Below are positions 49,271 through 59,994 of a stretch of 64,000 nt of DNA, piece after piece; within the stretch, counting starts at the first letter, position 1; the number at the start of each line of letters is the position of its first letter. Position numbers and translations under genes: made by a program. A model generated the notes under the pieces. It saw nothing but the letters and a program-made list of their open reading frames with translations. It was not told where the DNA came from and searched no databases. The stretch comes from Eledone cirrhosa (taxonomy: Eukaryota): NCBI GenBank assembly GCA_964016885.1, contig OZ024756.1, positions 10,912,001 to 10,976,000 of the forward strand. The letters run 5' to 3'.

Positions 49271-49625
49271 TCATCATCATCATCATCATTTTACGTCCGC
49301 TTTTCCCTGCTTGCAAGGGTGGGACGGGAACTGATTCTGGCTTGATTTCTACAGCTGGATGCCCTTCCTAACACCAACCTCATTTACAGTGAGTGCTGAG
49401 TGCTTTTTTGCCGTGGTGCCACGGAAAAAAAGCACCCAGCACTCACTGTAAATGAGGTTGGTGTTAGGAAGGGCATCCAGCTGTAGAAATCAAGCCAGCA
49501 TCAGTTCCCATGTGAGCAAGGCATGGTCAGCTGACCGGACACTGCCCACAACAGGACAACCCGTCTAACCCATGCTAGCGTGGAAGAACGAACGTAAAAC
49601 GGTGATGATGATGATGATGATGATA
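49271..49625. mobile_element. Head-to-head fusion of SINE tail (minus) and RTE subfamily A tail (plus) forming a palindrome
   Basis: Arms 49326-49416 and 49419-49509 are reverse complements around CCGTGG-TG-CCACGG. The outer parts differ and each ends in a GAT tail. Confidence 0.85.
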
Positions 49626-49629
49626 TTGT

Positions 49630-50235
49630 TATATTGTTTTTCTCATACCTTTCACGGTTTATATGTCTTTTACTCTGGTGGTAAAAATACCCTGTAATGG
49701 AAAACATGTTCTTTCCATGTATTCTCTCCTATATATTTTGAAGAGCCCGGGAAAATTTCCTTGAGCTCATTATATTGCAGGGAACAACGCGAGTCCTTTA
49801 CTCCATTGCTTCATTTGATATTTTAGCTCCCAACACCTCATTGGTCAAGCACAATTTAACTTGAATGGTCATGTGCTGCACTTTCTAGCAGCTTTGTTCT
49901 CCCATTCAGACCATCAGATACAGTAATAAACACGTATTTCTCTCACCACGTGCTGAAGACTAGTTTCTACCTTAACGTTAGATGCACAAGACACATATTC
50001 TGAAACACCTGCTGATGAACTATGGAAAATGCGATCTTTGCTGTGAATTAGCGAAGCAATCCCTCCATGGAATTGTACAGGTGTAATAGTTATTGAGGTA
50101 CTCTTAAAAATTTATTAATCTGTTTAATTATAATGTTTTTCTCGTACCTTACACAGTTTATATGTCTTTCACTCTGGTGGTAAAAATACCCTGTAATGAA
50201 AAAGTGTGTTCTTTTCATGTATTCTCTTATATATA
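49630..50235. repeat. ~105-bp direct repeats (49630-49735, 50130-50235) flanking ~400 bp; unclassified element
   Basis: TGTTTTTCTC.TACCTT.CAC.GTTTATATGTCTTT.ACTCTGGTGGTAAAAATACCCTGTAATG occurs twice. Confidence 0.7.
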
Positions 50236-50414
50236 TATCATAAAAATTACTGAAGATCGCTGGTATTAAGTCAACGAACTCCGGCCAACGTCTAGCTCAC
50301 TCAATGAATCTGCCAAATTGCAGTAATGCAGCTGCAATCAGCTGTTCAGAGTGCACCAATTTAGTTAGTAGCAGATATGGTGCAGTGTTTTGATAGAGAG
50401 AAAGGTAATATATA

Positions 50415-50445
<31 letters not shown>

Positions 50446-51395
50446 CTGTGGTTGTCTGTCTGTCTATCGATTTTTGGCACACATCTCCTCTTAGAATCTC
50501 TCACGGAATTGCACCGAAATTGCTATACTTGTACATTGAGCCCTAGCGAAGACATCGGAAAAAAAAATTTCAAATTGACCCACCCTATGTGACGAAATCG
50601 AATATAATGTATCGATTTTTGAGCGTAAGTTATCAGTTATTTCCCTTTGTTCTGTTTACATTGAGCGTCTTACGTAAAAAATTACGCTGGCTTTCTCAGC
50701 GTTTAAAATGACATTTGTCGAGCCAGCAAAATATTGACCTGCAAAATTCATCAGTTCGAACACTAAGCTTCCGTTTTGCTTCATTTCCATTTAAAAGCAT
50801 TTTAAAACAATATTTTTACTTGAAAACAAGTCTATTTAAAGACTACGTAAAACAAGCAAATATTTCGTCGTTAGGCGTGCAGACAGACAGTCGTGCAGAC
50901 AGACAGTCGTGCAGAGAGGTGATATACGCGTGCAGACAGATAGTCGTGCAGAGAGGTGATATAGGCGTGCAGACAGATAGTCGTGCAGAGAGGTGATATA
51001 GGCGTGCAGACAGAAAGTCGTGCAGAGAGGTGATATAGGCGTGCAGACAGACAGTCGTGCAGAGAGGTGATATAGGCGTGCAGACAGACATAACTGATAA
51101 TTTGGTTACGCTAATGTTTTTCTCTGCGTTGCAGTGTTTACATTTTCGATCTTTGTTAATAAATAACCAGTGCAGTTTCTATCCCCAGCATCCTCTTTTG
51201 TTATAACATTCGGGTTATCGTTATGTTTTCTTAACTTCATAAGGCATATTGTTGGTTGAGGGAATATTAATCAAAAACACCACATGCAAGTCTGCACAGT
51301 AGACACTACAGTTTTTAAGCCAAGAAAGAAACTTAACATTGTAACTTTAACACAGCTACTGAGCGACCCCGAGCAACGCCGGGCTTTACTGCTAG
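50415..51395 (+). mobile_element. Non-autonomous Helitron with internal 37-bp minisatellite
   Basis: Starts A|TC (50415) with TA and GTCT microsatellites and ends with hairpin CCCGAGCAACGCCGGG then CTAG|T (51392-51395). Internal GGCGTGCAGACAGATAGTCGTGCAGAGAGGTGATATA repeats at 50874-51090. Confidence 0.8.
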
Positions 51396-52059
51396 TATAT
51401 ATATATATATAAAAGGCATCTTAACCTTAAATAGCAACTACACAGCCATTTCTATTCTCCATATATTTCATCATGTTTTTCGCTGTGACCATTCTTCTCT
51501 CCCCTTCTACCTACCTATTTCGCCACTTTCTACTCTCACCCCTCTTTCTTCCACTCCCTTTCTCCCTATCTACTCTTACCCCACTTTCTCCCTCTCCCTT
51601 TCTCCCTCTCACTTTCACCCCCTCGCCTGACCCTTTAGCAGTTCTCTTCTCACTTACAACTGCGGCGATCAGACGTGTGTCTTTTTTCTCTCGACCACTC
51701 AGTCTTGAACTTAAGTTCTCTTATCGAGTGGTCTTGGATTTCCTTACCTTAAGTTGCTTGCACATTGCTCGCACATTGCTCGGTTTGTTGCTTTTTTCGT
51801 TGTTTTCTCTTTTCTTCCCTTTTGCTTTCCTTCCCTCCCTCCTCCGTTTTCCCAATAACTTATCCAGTTATTGATGCTCTGGGGTGAGATATCTTGTCTT
51901 TAAAGTGTAGAAATATCCGAGACCCCCAGTAGACAACTGATGAGAAAAACTCCCCCCCCCCCCCTCTGTTCTTGCTTTCTTCTTATTCTCACTGCATATT
52001 TAAGATATATATATATACAATATATTAATAAATGGAAACTATATTTATAGAACCATAAT

Positions 52060-52124
52060 TATTTTATTATATATATTTCATGGGCAACAAAGGCAGTTTC
52101 GGTGCGCTTTCATCAGATAAAATA
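52060..52124 (-). ncRNA. Minimal type I hammerhead ribozyme
   Basis: Minus strand: TATTTTAT-CTGATGA-AAGCGCACCG...GTTGCCCAT-GAAA-TATATA-TA-ATAAAATA. Confidence 0.65.
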
Positions 52125-52237
52125 CAAAATTTGTTTTATAAATGTTGACATACCCGTAGAAAAACAGCCTTGATGGTTAAAGGTTCGCTGGATAGTGTTT
52201 TTCTATGGGTATGTCAACATTTATAAAACAAATTTTG

Positions 52238-52302
52238 TATTTTATCTGATGAAAGCGCACCAAAACTGCCTTGGTTGCCCTTGAGATATATATAATAAAA
52301 TA
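52238..52302 (+). ncRNA. Hammerhead ribozyme motif with core mutation (GAGA instead of GAAA), likely inactive
   Basis: TATTTTAT-CTGATGA-AAGCGCACCAA...TTGGTTGCCCTT-GAGA-TATATA-TA-ATAAAATA. Confidence 0.55.
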
Positions 52303-52455
52303 ATTATGGTTTTATAAATATAGTTTCCATTTATTAATATATGGAATATTTACTCCAGTAAATTGTTGAGTGCTTTATATCAGTTATAAAACTTTTAAGC
52401 TTATTGAATCCCAACAAATTAAATATAACTTCTGCATATATATATATATATATTC

Positions 52456-52575
52456 CGTCTAACCCATGCTAGCGTGGAAAGTGGACGTTAAACGAAGATG
52501 ATGATGATGATATAGGGTGGTGCCCCAGCATGGCCTCAGCCGGATGGCTGGAACAGGTAAAAAGAGTAAAAGAGT

Positions 52576-52577
<2 letters not shown>
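52456..52577 (+). mobile_element. Adjacent very short 3' tails of the RTE LINE (52456-52512) and the CR1-group LINE (52515-52577)
   Basis: Match 38497-38556 and 24880-24930 respectively. Confidence 0.8.
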
Positions 52578-52642
<65 letters not shown>

Positions 52643-53039
52643 CATCATCGTCTGTTGTTAGCGTTGTTGTTGTTAGCGGGGTATTACCATCACTACGACT
52701 GCTGCATCCAGTGTAGGCGACATTGGTCAGTGTTTGCTGTTGTTGTAGTTGTTGTAGCTGTCTTGAATGTGGCTGTCAACAAAATATATACCCCACCCTC
52801 CCCCAGACTTCCATTTATTGCTTCCACTATCTACTGGACTCTGACTACGCATGGACTATCGTTTTGATACAGGGGTTACCTTTCTGCTGATTTACGACCC
52901 CAATTCCGTGGGGAAGGAGGCATGAATCCTGATTGAACTAATTGACACATGGATAGTACTTTACTCCAGTAAGCACGAGTTCTTCTTGGAATCTGCGCCG
53001 GGAGGACAAATAAGACCAGAAGATCAACTCCCAGAACAA

Positions 53040-53426
53040 CAGGTGGCACGCTGTCTCATCCAAAGACGTGCCCAGAGTCATGCAGACAAAGTTTCCAGCG
53101 ACAACATTGGTCTTAGGTGTCGTCAGCAGTCAAGGTGAAATGAGACACCAACAGATCTAGCTGCAATACGAAAGACGATCTGAAGGCCAGGATCACAAGT
53201 GCCTTTAGGGGCCTAAGTCAGGGGACAATGACGAAGGCCTGTAGCCGGTTCTGAGTCTGCTTTGAAGCTATCATCAAAGCCAATGGCGGGTTTATCGAGT
53301 GAGATCGAAAGAACAAGTCATGAAGAAAAACTGACCCAAGTTTGATAAATAAATCTTAAAAAATAAAACTACTGTGTTATTTTTTCCTAGACAGTAATCT
53401 TGTTAACAAATATCGTCCACACCCTG
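53040..53426 (+). pseudogene. Internally deleted Tc1/mariner (maT/DD37D-like) transposon remnant
   Basis: Encodes TKFPATTLVLGVVSSQG and DTNRSSCNTKDDLKARI...KACSRF*VCFEAIIKANGGFIE*. Right end CACCCTG|TA. Confidence 0.7.
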
Positions 53427-53490
53427 TATATATATATTTTTTAAATTATGAAAAAAGTCAAGAATATTAAATTATTATTTATTCTTACAT

Positions 53491-53682
53491 GGTGTGGATT
53501 GGCAGTATTAGTAGAGGGTTGACACCATGCTTTGCAGCATAGAGTTACGGCCCTTTACTGTCTATGTTCAAATCCTGCAGAGGTTCTCTTTGCCTTTCAT
53601 CCTTACGGGGTTGATAAAATAAAGTACCAGTAACATACTGAGATAAATGTTGGCCTTGTGCCAAAAGTAGAAACAATTATTT
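53491..53682 (+). mobile_element. Second SINE family (tRNA-like head; GCCTTTCATCCTT.CGGGGT.GATAAAAT central domain) with ~17-bp TSD
   Basis: B-box GTTCAAATCC; flanked by ATTATTTATTCTTACAT direct repeats. The central domain resembles Meta-type SINE bodies (from memory, unverified). Confidence 0.75.
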
Positions 53683-53789
53683 ATTCTTACATTTCTACGC
53701 ACGTTTCAATACGGCTAAAATATCACTTCCATTTGAAGAACAACTTATCAGTTAACAGTTATCTCTGAAGTACTACCCTATAATTAACA

Positions 53790-53927
53790 ACAGCCCCTTT
53801 TAAGCCATGTCAGTAGAATGAGCCCATCATTCTTGCTCTTGTGTTGGCATGTAGTTCTGTTTACATGCCAACACAAGGGCAAGAATGAGGGGCTCATCCT
53901 ACTGACATGGCTTTAAAGAGGCTGTTT
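53790..53927. repeat. ~135-bp fold-back of sequence that flanks the hammerhead at 54577
   Basis: AAGCCATGTCAGTAG...GTGTTGGCATGTA pairs with TACATGCCAACAC...CTACTGACATGGCTT. A third copy lies at 54520-54585. Confidence 0.85.
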
Positions 53928-53960
53928 GCATAATTGAAAACGAATTGAATATTATTATTA

Positions 53961-54110
53961 ACGCATAGAGTTACGGCCCTTGCCATTCTGAGTTCAAATC
54001 CCGCCGAGGTTAACTTTGCCTTTCATCCTTACGGGGTCGATAAAATAAAGTACCAGTAATGCACTGGGGTTATTTGCTGGCCTTGTGCCAAAAGTAGAAA
54101 CAATTATTAA
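53961..54110 (+). mobile_element. Second SINE family copy, 5' truncated
   Basis: Homologous to 53537-53682; flanked by ATTATTAA. Confidence 0.75.
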
Positions 54111-54212
54111 TATTCAAAAAACTCAGATTAGATTTATTGTATTCAGCCATATAGAGTGATAAACTATTTGTTATATTTGGTAGCGTGGAAGATAGACGTT
54201 AAATGATGATGA

Positions 54213-54271
<59 letters not shown>

Positions 54272-54576
54272 ACCATGTGTTACATGTCTGAGAAAACAAC
54301 AACAAATGTTTGAATATTTATATTTACTGTCTGACATTTATATTACTTGCCATCATTTTGGCTTGTGATTTTCTTAACTAATCACTTTCTTCTCCTCTTT
54401 AATTAGTTTTCTTGCTTAATATTTGATATTTATATAAATATATAAATGTAATATGAGTTTTTCGAATATTAATAATAATATTCGATTCGTTTGCAATTTT
54501 GCAAACAAGTCTCATTTTTAAAGCCATGTCAGTAGAATGAACCCTTCATTCTTGCTCTTGTGTTGGCATGTAAACA

Positions 54577-54626
54577 GAACTGCAGACAATAATGTTTCTG
54601 GGTATCACCCTTCATCAGTACAGTTC
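54577..54626 (-). ncRNA. Type I hammerhead ribozyme (GUC site)
   Basis: Minus strand: GAACTGTA-CTGATGA-AGGGTGATACCCA-GAAA-CATTATTG-TC-TGCAGTTC. Stem I is 8 bp; the first stem II pair is an A-A mismatch. Confidence 0.7.
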
Positions 54627-54837
54627 ACTGTTCACCTGCCAAACTGTCAGAGCTAGTGAAAATATTTGATATTTTCTAAAATATACAGTGACTGATCGGC
54701 CTGATTTGCATATTAGCGGACTGGCTGCTCAGTCAGATCTGCATATTAGCAGATCTACTGATCAGCCAGATTTGCATATCAGCAGACTGGCCAGTCAGTT
54801 TCCTGGCCGGCTTTGCCATATGCAAATAAAAAAGAAA

Positions 54838-54902
54838 AAAGAAATTATCTCTCTACATGGCTGAATACAATAAATGTATTCAGCCATGTAGAGCGATAAT
54901 TT

Positions 54903-54906
<4 letters not shown>
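54838..54906. repeat. ~70-bp stem-loop
   Basis: AAAGAAATTATCTCTCTACATGGCTGAATACA pairs with TGTATTCAGCCATGTAGAGCGATAATTTCTTT. Confidence 0.85.
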
Positions 54907-54951
<45 letters not shown>

Positions 54952-55102
54952 TATATAATCTATATTCAATTATAAATAAGAAAGGGTAATATTTTGTGTT
55001 ACCCAATTACCAGAAAATTAGCTCAATGTAAAATATCAGATGCACTACAGAACAGAAAATACAACATAGATGACAATGAAATTATTGTTTAATGCATTTA
55101 AT

Positions 55103-55149
55103 TGCTGACGATCGTTTCTTCCAGACAAATGTCTGGATTCATCAGAGCA
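55103..55149 (-). ncRNA. Minimal type I hammerhead ribozyme (palindromic CGAUCG stem III, GUC site)
   Basis: Minus strand: TGCT-CTGATGA-ATCCAGACATTTGTCTGGAA-GAAA-CGATCG-TC-AGCA. A decayed inverted copy lies at ~55700-55733. Confidence 0.7.
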
Positions 55150-55356
55150 TATACAATGTTAAAACAAATAATTAAATTCCTAATCTTTAGAACATTCATT
55201 AAGATAACATTATAATTAACTGTGTCAGTGACATCATATTGAAGTGTAAGAAGAACAAAATAATATTACAGTGAAAAGATAGTAAAATATTGAAAAGTGT
55301 TAGAAAGAGAGTATTACTTAAAGTCAATATATCAAGAATATCATACAAAGAATGTT

Positions 55357-55552
55357 AATAATTGTTTCTACTTTTGGCACAAGGCCAGCAATTATCCCAG
55401 TGTATTACTGGTACTTTATTTTATCGAATCCGTAAGGAGGAAAGGCAAAGTTAACCTCGGCGGGATTTGAACTCAGAATGGCAAGGGCCGTAACTCTATG
55501 CGTTAAAGCATGGCATCAGACTCTCTACCGATACTGCCAATCCACTGCCATA
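55357..55552 (-). mobile_element. Second SINE family, full-length copy
   Basis: Reverse complement of 53491-53682; flanked by GAATGTTAATAAT repeats. Confidence 0.8.
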
Positions 55553-55861
55553 CTGAATGTTAATAATAGCATGTTAATAATAATAGCTTGTAAGAATGTT
55601 AATAGTAGCATGCATTAAGGTAAGACAGATGCGAAGTGATAGCATGCATATATGTGTTGTGTAAGCATTATATGATGAATTTAATTACTTGTTTTAACAG
55701 TGTATATGCTCCAATGATTCCAGACATTTGTCTTTTTATTATTATTAATTTTAGTTAGCCAACTAACAGAAAAAAAAGGACAAACACGGACAGAGATATC
55801 AACTCCCCTCAAAATATGTATGTAACAATGAATAATTTTTCTTCCCCTTTTTATTATTATT

Positions 55862-56210
55862 ATTTGTATAAAGGTTAACTTTGCCTTTCATCTTTATGGG
55901 GTCAATAAAATAAAGTACCAGTAATGAACTGGGTAATTGCTGGCCTTGTGCCTAAAGTAGAAACAATAATTTGTATAAAGAATGAAAGGTTAACTTTACC
56001 TTTCATCCTTATGGGGTCGATAAAATAAAGTACCAGTAATACACTGGGATAATTGCTGGCCTTGTGCCAAAAGTAGAAACAATTATTTGTATAAAGAATG
56101 AAAGGTTAACTTTGCCTTTCAACCTTATGGGGTCGATAAAATAAAGTACCAGTAATACACTGGTATAATTGCTGGCCTTGTGCCAAAAGTAGAAACAATT
56201 ATTTGTATAA
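55862..56210 (+). repeat. Three tandem ~116-bp copies of the 3' half of the second SINE family
   Basis: AAGGTTAACTTT.CCTTTCA at 55871, 55986 and 56102. Confidence 0.85.
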
Positions 56211-56394
56211 ATATGGAACTTAACTATATTATGCATCTCAGCAGTTGACAATGCATATAATGCTGAAACCGGTACCGTTATTAAATGCGGAAATATCCTC
56301 TTTATAAATAAATAAATGTTTTGATATTATACTGAAAGAATCTCTTCAACACTTTCTACTGAAAAAATCTTTCCTTTCTACTATTTGTTTATAT

Positions 56395-56858
56395 ATCATC
56401 ATCATCATCACCGTTTTACATCCATTCTTCCATGCTAGCATGGGTTAGATGGGTTGTCCTGTTGTGGGCAGTGTCCGGTCAGCTGACCTTGTCTTGCTCA
56501 TACGGGAACTGATTCGGGCTTGATTTCTACAGCTGGATGCCCTTCCTAACACCAACCTCATTTACAGTGTGGGCTGGGTGCTTTTTTGCCGTGGCACCTC
56601 CACGACCACTTTACAGTGAGAAAGGGTGGGGGCATATTGTCTATATCCTTCAGCTTCAGCTTGTACCCATGGGAAGTCGGGTCTTCTGTATTACTGCATG
56701 ACGCCCTTCAGAGGTGCAATTGGGTAAGGTCGGCTTTTATCACCGCATCCCAGGTCTTCTTGGGTTTCCCCACTCAACGGCTTCCATCGCTTCCAGGGCT
56801 CTGCACCTTTTTATGCAGCTGTCATCCTTCATACGCATCACATGTGCATACCAACGCA
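56395..56858 (-). mobile_element. RTE 3' fragment (subfamily A), degenerate
   Basis: Reverse complement of 38025-38556 with deletions. Confidence 0.85.
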
Positions 56859-58175
56859 TCTTGGACGTGCGGTCCATTCTCCGCCAGGTTCAGGTGACCC
56901 CCAAAGAGGATGTCCTCATCCTCAGTACACTGATCCACCCGCCGGCCATCCGCTACACCATCAGGTCCAGGCTTGAACAACTCCAGACGCTCATGAGCCG
57001 ACTGGGCTTGGTTGACGGCCACCCAGCTCTCTTTCTGCTGAGGGACTGCTTCGCCATGCCGAAACTCCTCTATACCCTCCGTAAGCGCTCCGCAGCCACA
57101 CCCAGACATCTCTCCTCGCTGACCTCGATACTTGTATCCGAGCAGCAGCCAAGGAGATATGCGACGTCGAGTATGACGACATAGCGTAGCAACAGGCCAC
57201 TTTACCTGTCAGGAATGGCAGCCTTGGCCTCCAGTCCCTGATCTCACTAGCTTTGCCGGCGTATCTTTCGTCGGTAACCTCGTGCTGCGTCCTCGTCAGC
57301 AGGGTTCTTCAAAACACAACAGAAACGTCTGTGTTCAGAGAAGGTGAGGACGCCTGTGAGACGTGGGACCGGCTGGGACTTAGCCCAGTAGATGTCCCTC
57401 CTCCTTCTCCCCCTGTTGACGTCAAGTCCCCCGTCCAGTGCAGCCTGGCCTCAGACGGGCTCACGTGCCAGCTCGACCAGCACCGCCTTGCTTGTTTTCG
57501 TGTGGCCTCCAAACCCAACAGTGGTGCCTGGCTCCATGCCCTGCCCTCCTTTTCCACTGGCACGCAGCTAGACAACCATAGCCTGCGCATCGGCGTTTCC
57601 AATGTCACTGCGGTTCCACCGTGAACTCTTTCGGCCTCCACCCGCTTTCCTGTCGCCACAGTGCCGGCCGCATTCCATGCCATGCTGCCCTCATTTAGGT
57701 CATTAAGCGTGGCTTGGTTGCTGCAGGCTTCCCTTCCCAGCTTGAGCCAGTGGGGCTGAATCAAGAGGACGGCAAAAGGCCAGATGGCATGACCTTCTTC
57801 TCGTTCCACTGTGGTAAACCCCTCGTCTGGGATGCCACTTGCACCGACACTTTCTGCAGCCGCAACCTGGTGCAGTCTGCAACTGACCCAGGTTCTGCTG
57901 CACGTCGGGCTGAGGGGGCCAAACTCCTCAAATACCGGTCGCTCTCTGACAGGTTTGCGGTCGTACCCCTGGCAGTGGAGACTTCTGGTGTCCTCGGCCC
58001 CAGGGCTACCTCCTTACTCACCACCATAGGCGCTGAGCTGGCCAGCTGCAGGTGTGAGCCCCGCGAGTTGGAGTGGCTTTTCCAGCGCGTCTCCCTTGCC
58101 GTGCTCCGTGGAAACGCCTTCTCCATCCTGTCCCCCGGGGCTGTGGGTGGGCTCCATCATGCATCATTCCACTGA
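56859..58175 (+). pseudogene. CRE-like non-LTR retrotransposon 3' part: RT thumb, zinc-finger remnant and restriction-like endonuclease
   Basis: ALFLLRDCFAMPKLLYTLR; QATLPVRNGSLGL; LALPAYLSS; SGAWLHALP; H.LSC...GR...H; EP.GL...DGKRPDG...WDATC.DT...AE..K..KY...VPLAVET.G..G...LFQRVSLAVLRGNA. Frameshifted and GC-rich. Confidence 0.85.
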
Positions 58176-58434
58176 ATCAAGTTTTTAAAGTTACTTTTGA
58201 AGCTTGACAAGTTGTATTTCGAGTAACAAAGGCAGAAAGAATTCTATAGACAAGTCACCTTGGGGGTGCAACTCCTGATTTTTAAGGTTTACTTAAGCTA
58301 ACAATGGCTAATGATCAGGTGTCTACAAACACATTCACAGGCACACATATGCCCTCACTCCCACACACTTGCACAAACCCATGCTCTTATACTTATATAT
58401 ATATACACAAATACATACATATATATACACACAC

Positions 58435-58489
<55 letters not shown>

Positions 58490-58564
58490 GTAATAATAAT
58501 AAATTTGAGGACTAAAATCCGAAAGCAACGATTCTTTGCTTAAACTTTAATCTGTTATTTTAAT

Positions 58565-58935
58565 ACTACAGTCAGTAGGCACTTCTAACAAAATACACCC
58601 CCGTCCCACTACCCCCACCCCATCCACACCACCCCTTTCAATGTAAAGTTATGTTGGTACCACAACATCCAGCCCGAAACAAATGAGGTCGTGTAGGTGT
58701 CACGACAAAAAAACACACAGTCCACGCTGTAATGTGGCCGTGTAGGTAACACGGTAAAAACCTCCCAGTCCCACACTGTAAATGTGGTTGGTGTTAGGAA
58801 GGGCATCCAGCCGTAGAAAACCCGCCAGACAGTCCTATGCGAGCAAAACAATCACTCTTGCCTCAAGTGGGAAAACTTCCGTCCAAACCCATGCAAGCGT
58901 GGAATATGGACGTTAAACGATGATGATGATGATGA
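58565..58935 (+). mobile_element. RTE 3' UTR (subfamily B)
   Basis: Near-identical to 7852-8346 and 6512-6886. Confidence 0.9.
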
Positions 58936-59404
58936 TATATATATAGAAGTGGTAACACAACAGTTTGTTCACCATACCGAGAACAATCGTTTCACCTTAG
59001 CGGATCTTCAGCTCGTACTGAATATGGTGCCCCAGCATGGCCACAGACCAGGGAAAAGCAGACGGAAAATGATGATGATGATGATGATGATATATATATA
59101 CATTATCATCATCATCACCACCACCACCACCACCACCACCACCGCACCATCATCACCACCATAACATGGCCAACAGTACAAAAAGGGTTTTATTTACAGT
59201 ATTAACAATTGTTTCATTGATGAAGTTGTCTAAAAATTGCTAATCACTTGAAATTGTGTCACTCAATTTTAAATACAATGCATGCTTAACCAAATCATTG
59301 GATTTGATGAAGCATACATCGTATTTAAAATTGAGTGACATATATATATGTATATATATATATATATATGTATATATATGTATATATGTTCTTTTTTTTT
59401 TTTC

Positions 59405-59765
59405 TAAGGCGGGTAAAATTCCCGAGATCCATGGATGAGTTCTCTCCAGCGGTCTCTGTCCCTCATTAACGCTGCCATGTCCTGCATCTCCAACAGACCA
59501 GTGTCTGTCCTTAGGGCATCAACATACGTTAACCTCGGTCTTCCCCTTCCAGTGTGTCCATGGCAGGGTCTCCCACAGGAGCACTGAGTGCAATGTCAAC
59601 TCTGGATGTCGGTGAGCATGTCCAGCTAACTTCAGTCTCCTCTGTGTCACTTTTGAGCTGACTTTTGAGAGGGGGCCCGTACAGCTCTGAGTTTTTCATC
59701 CTCAGTGAATACTGATTAATGTTCAGAGCCATCATCAGCATTCTCGTGTAGCACCCATCCACCAG
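59405..59765 (-). pseudogene. 3' fragment of a different RTE-group LINE
   Basis: DGCYTRMLMMALNI...NSELYG...R.L.LAGHA.RHPEL...GRPRLTYVDALRTDTGL...DRDRWR, read across frameshifts. Confidence 0.7.
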
Positions 59766-59994
59766 ATGAGTAGCTGCCAGATGATCACATCTAGCTCATA
59801 CGTTACATCTTTGACAAGGTTTCTAGGGCTGGACACCCTCCGAAATGCCAACCACTTTACAGAGTGTACTGGGAGCATTATATCATGGCACCAACACTAC
59901 TACCTGACAGGGTGGATTGAGTGCTTTTTATGTACACACACATATATATCATCATTGTTTCACGCCGACCTCCTACACACACACACACACATAT

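Larger units (their letters stand above)
52020..52342. repeat. ~320-bp fold-back with ~29-nt loop; inverted PLE pseudo-LTR-like
   Basis: Arms 52020-52166 and 52196-52342 are reverse complements. Same family as 13466-13640 and 40055-40250. Confidence 0.9.

Noticed and set aside
49950-50275. Further CTGANGA words (49953, 50012, 50250; also 51937)
   Set aside because: No properly placed GAAA and stem I partner.
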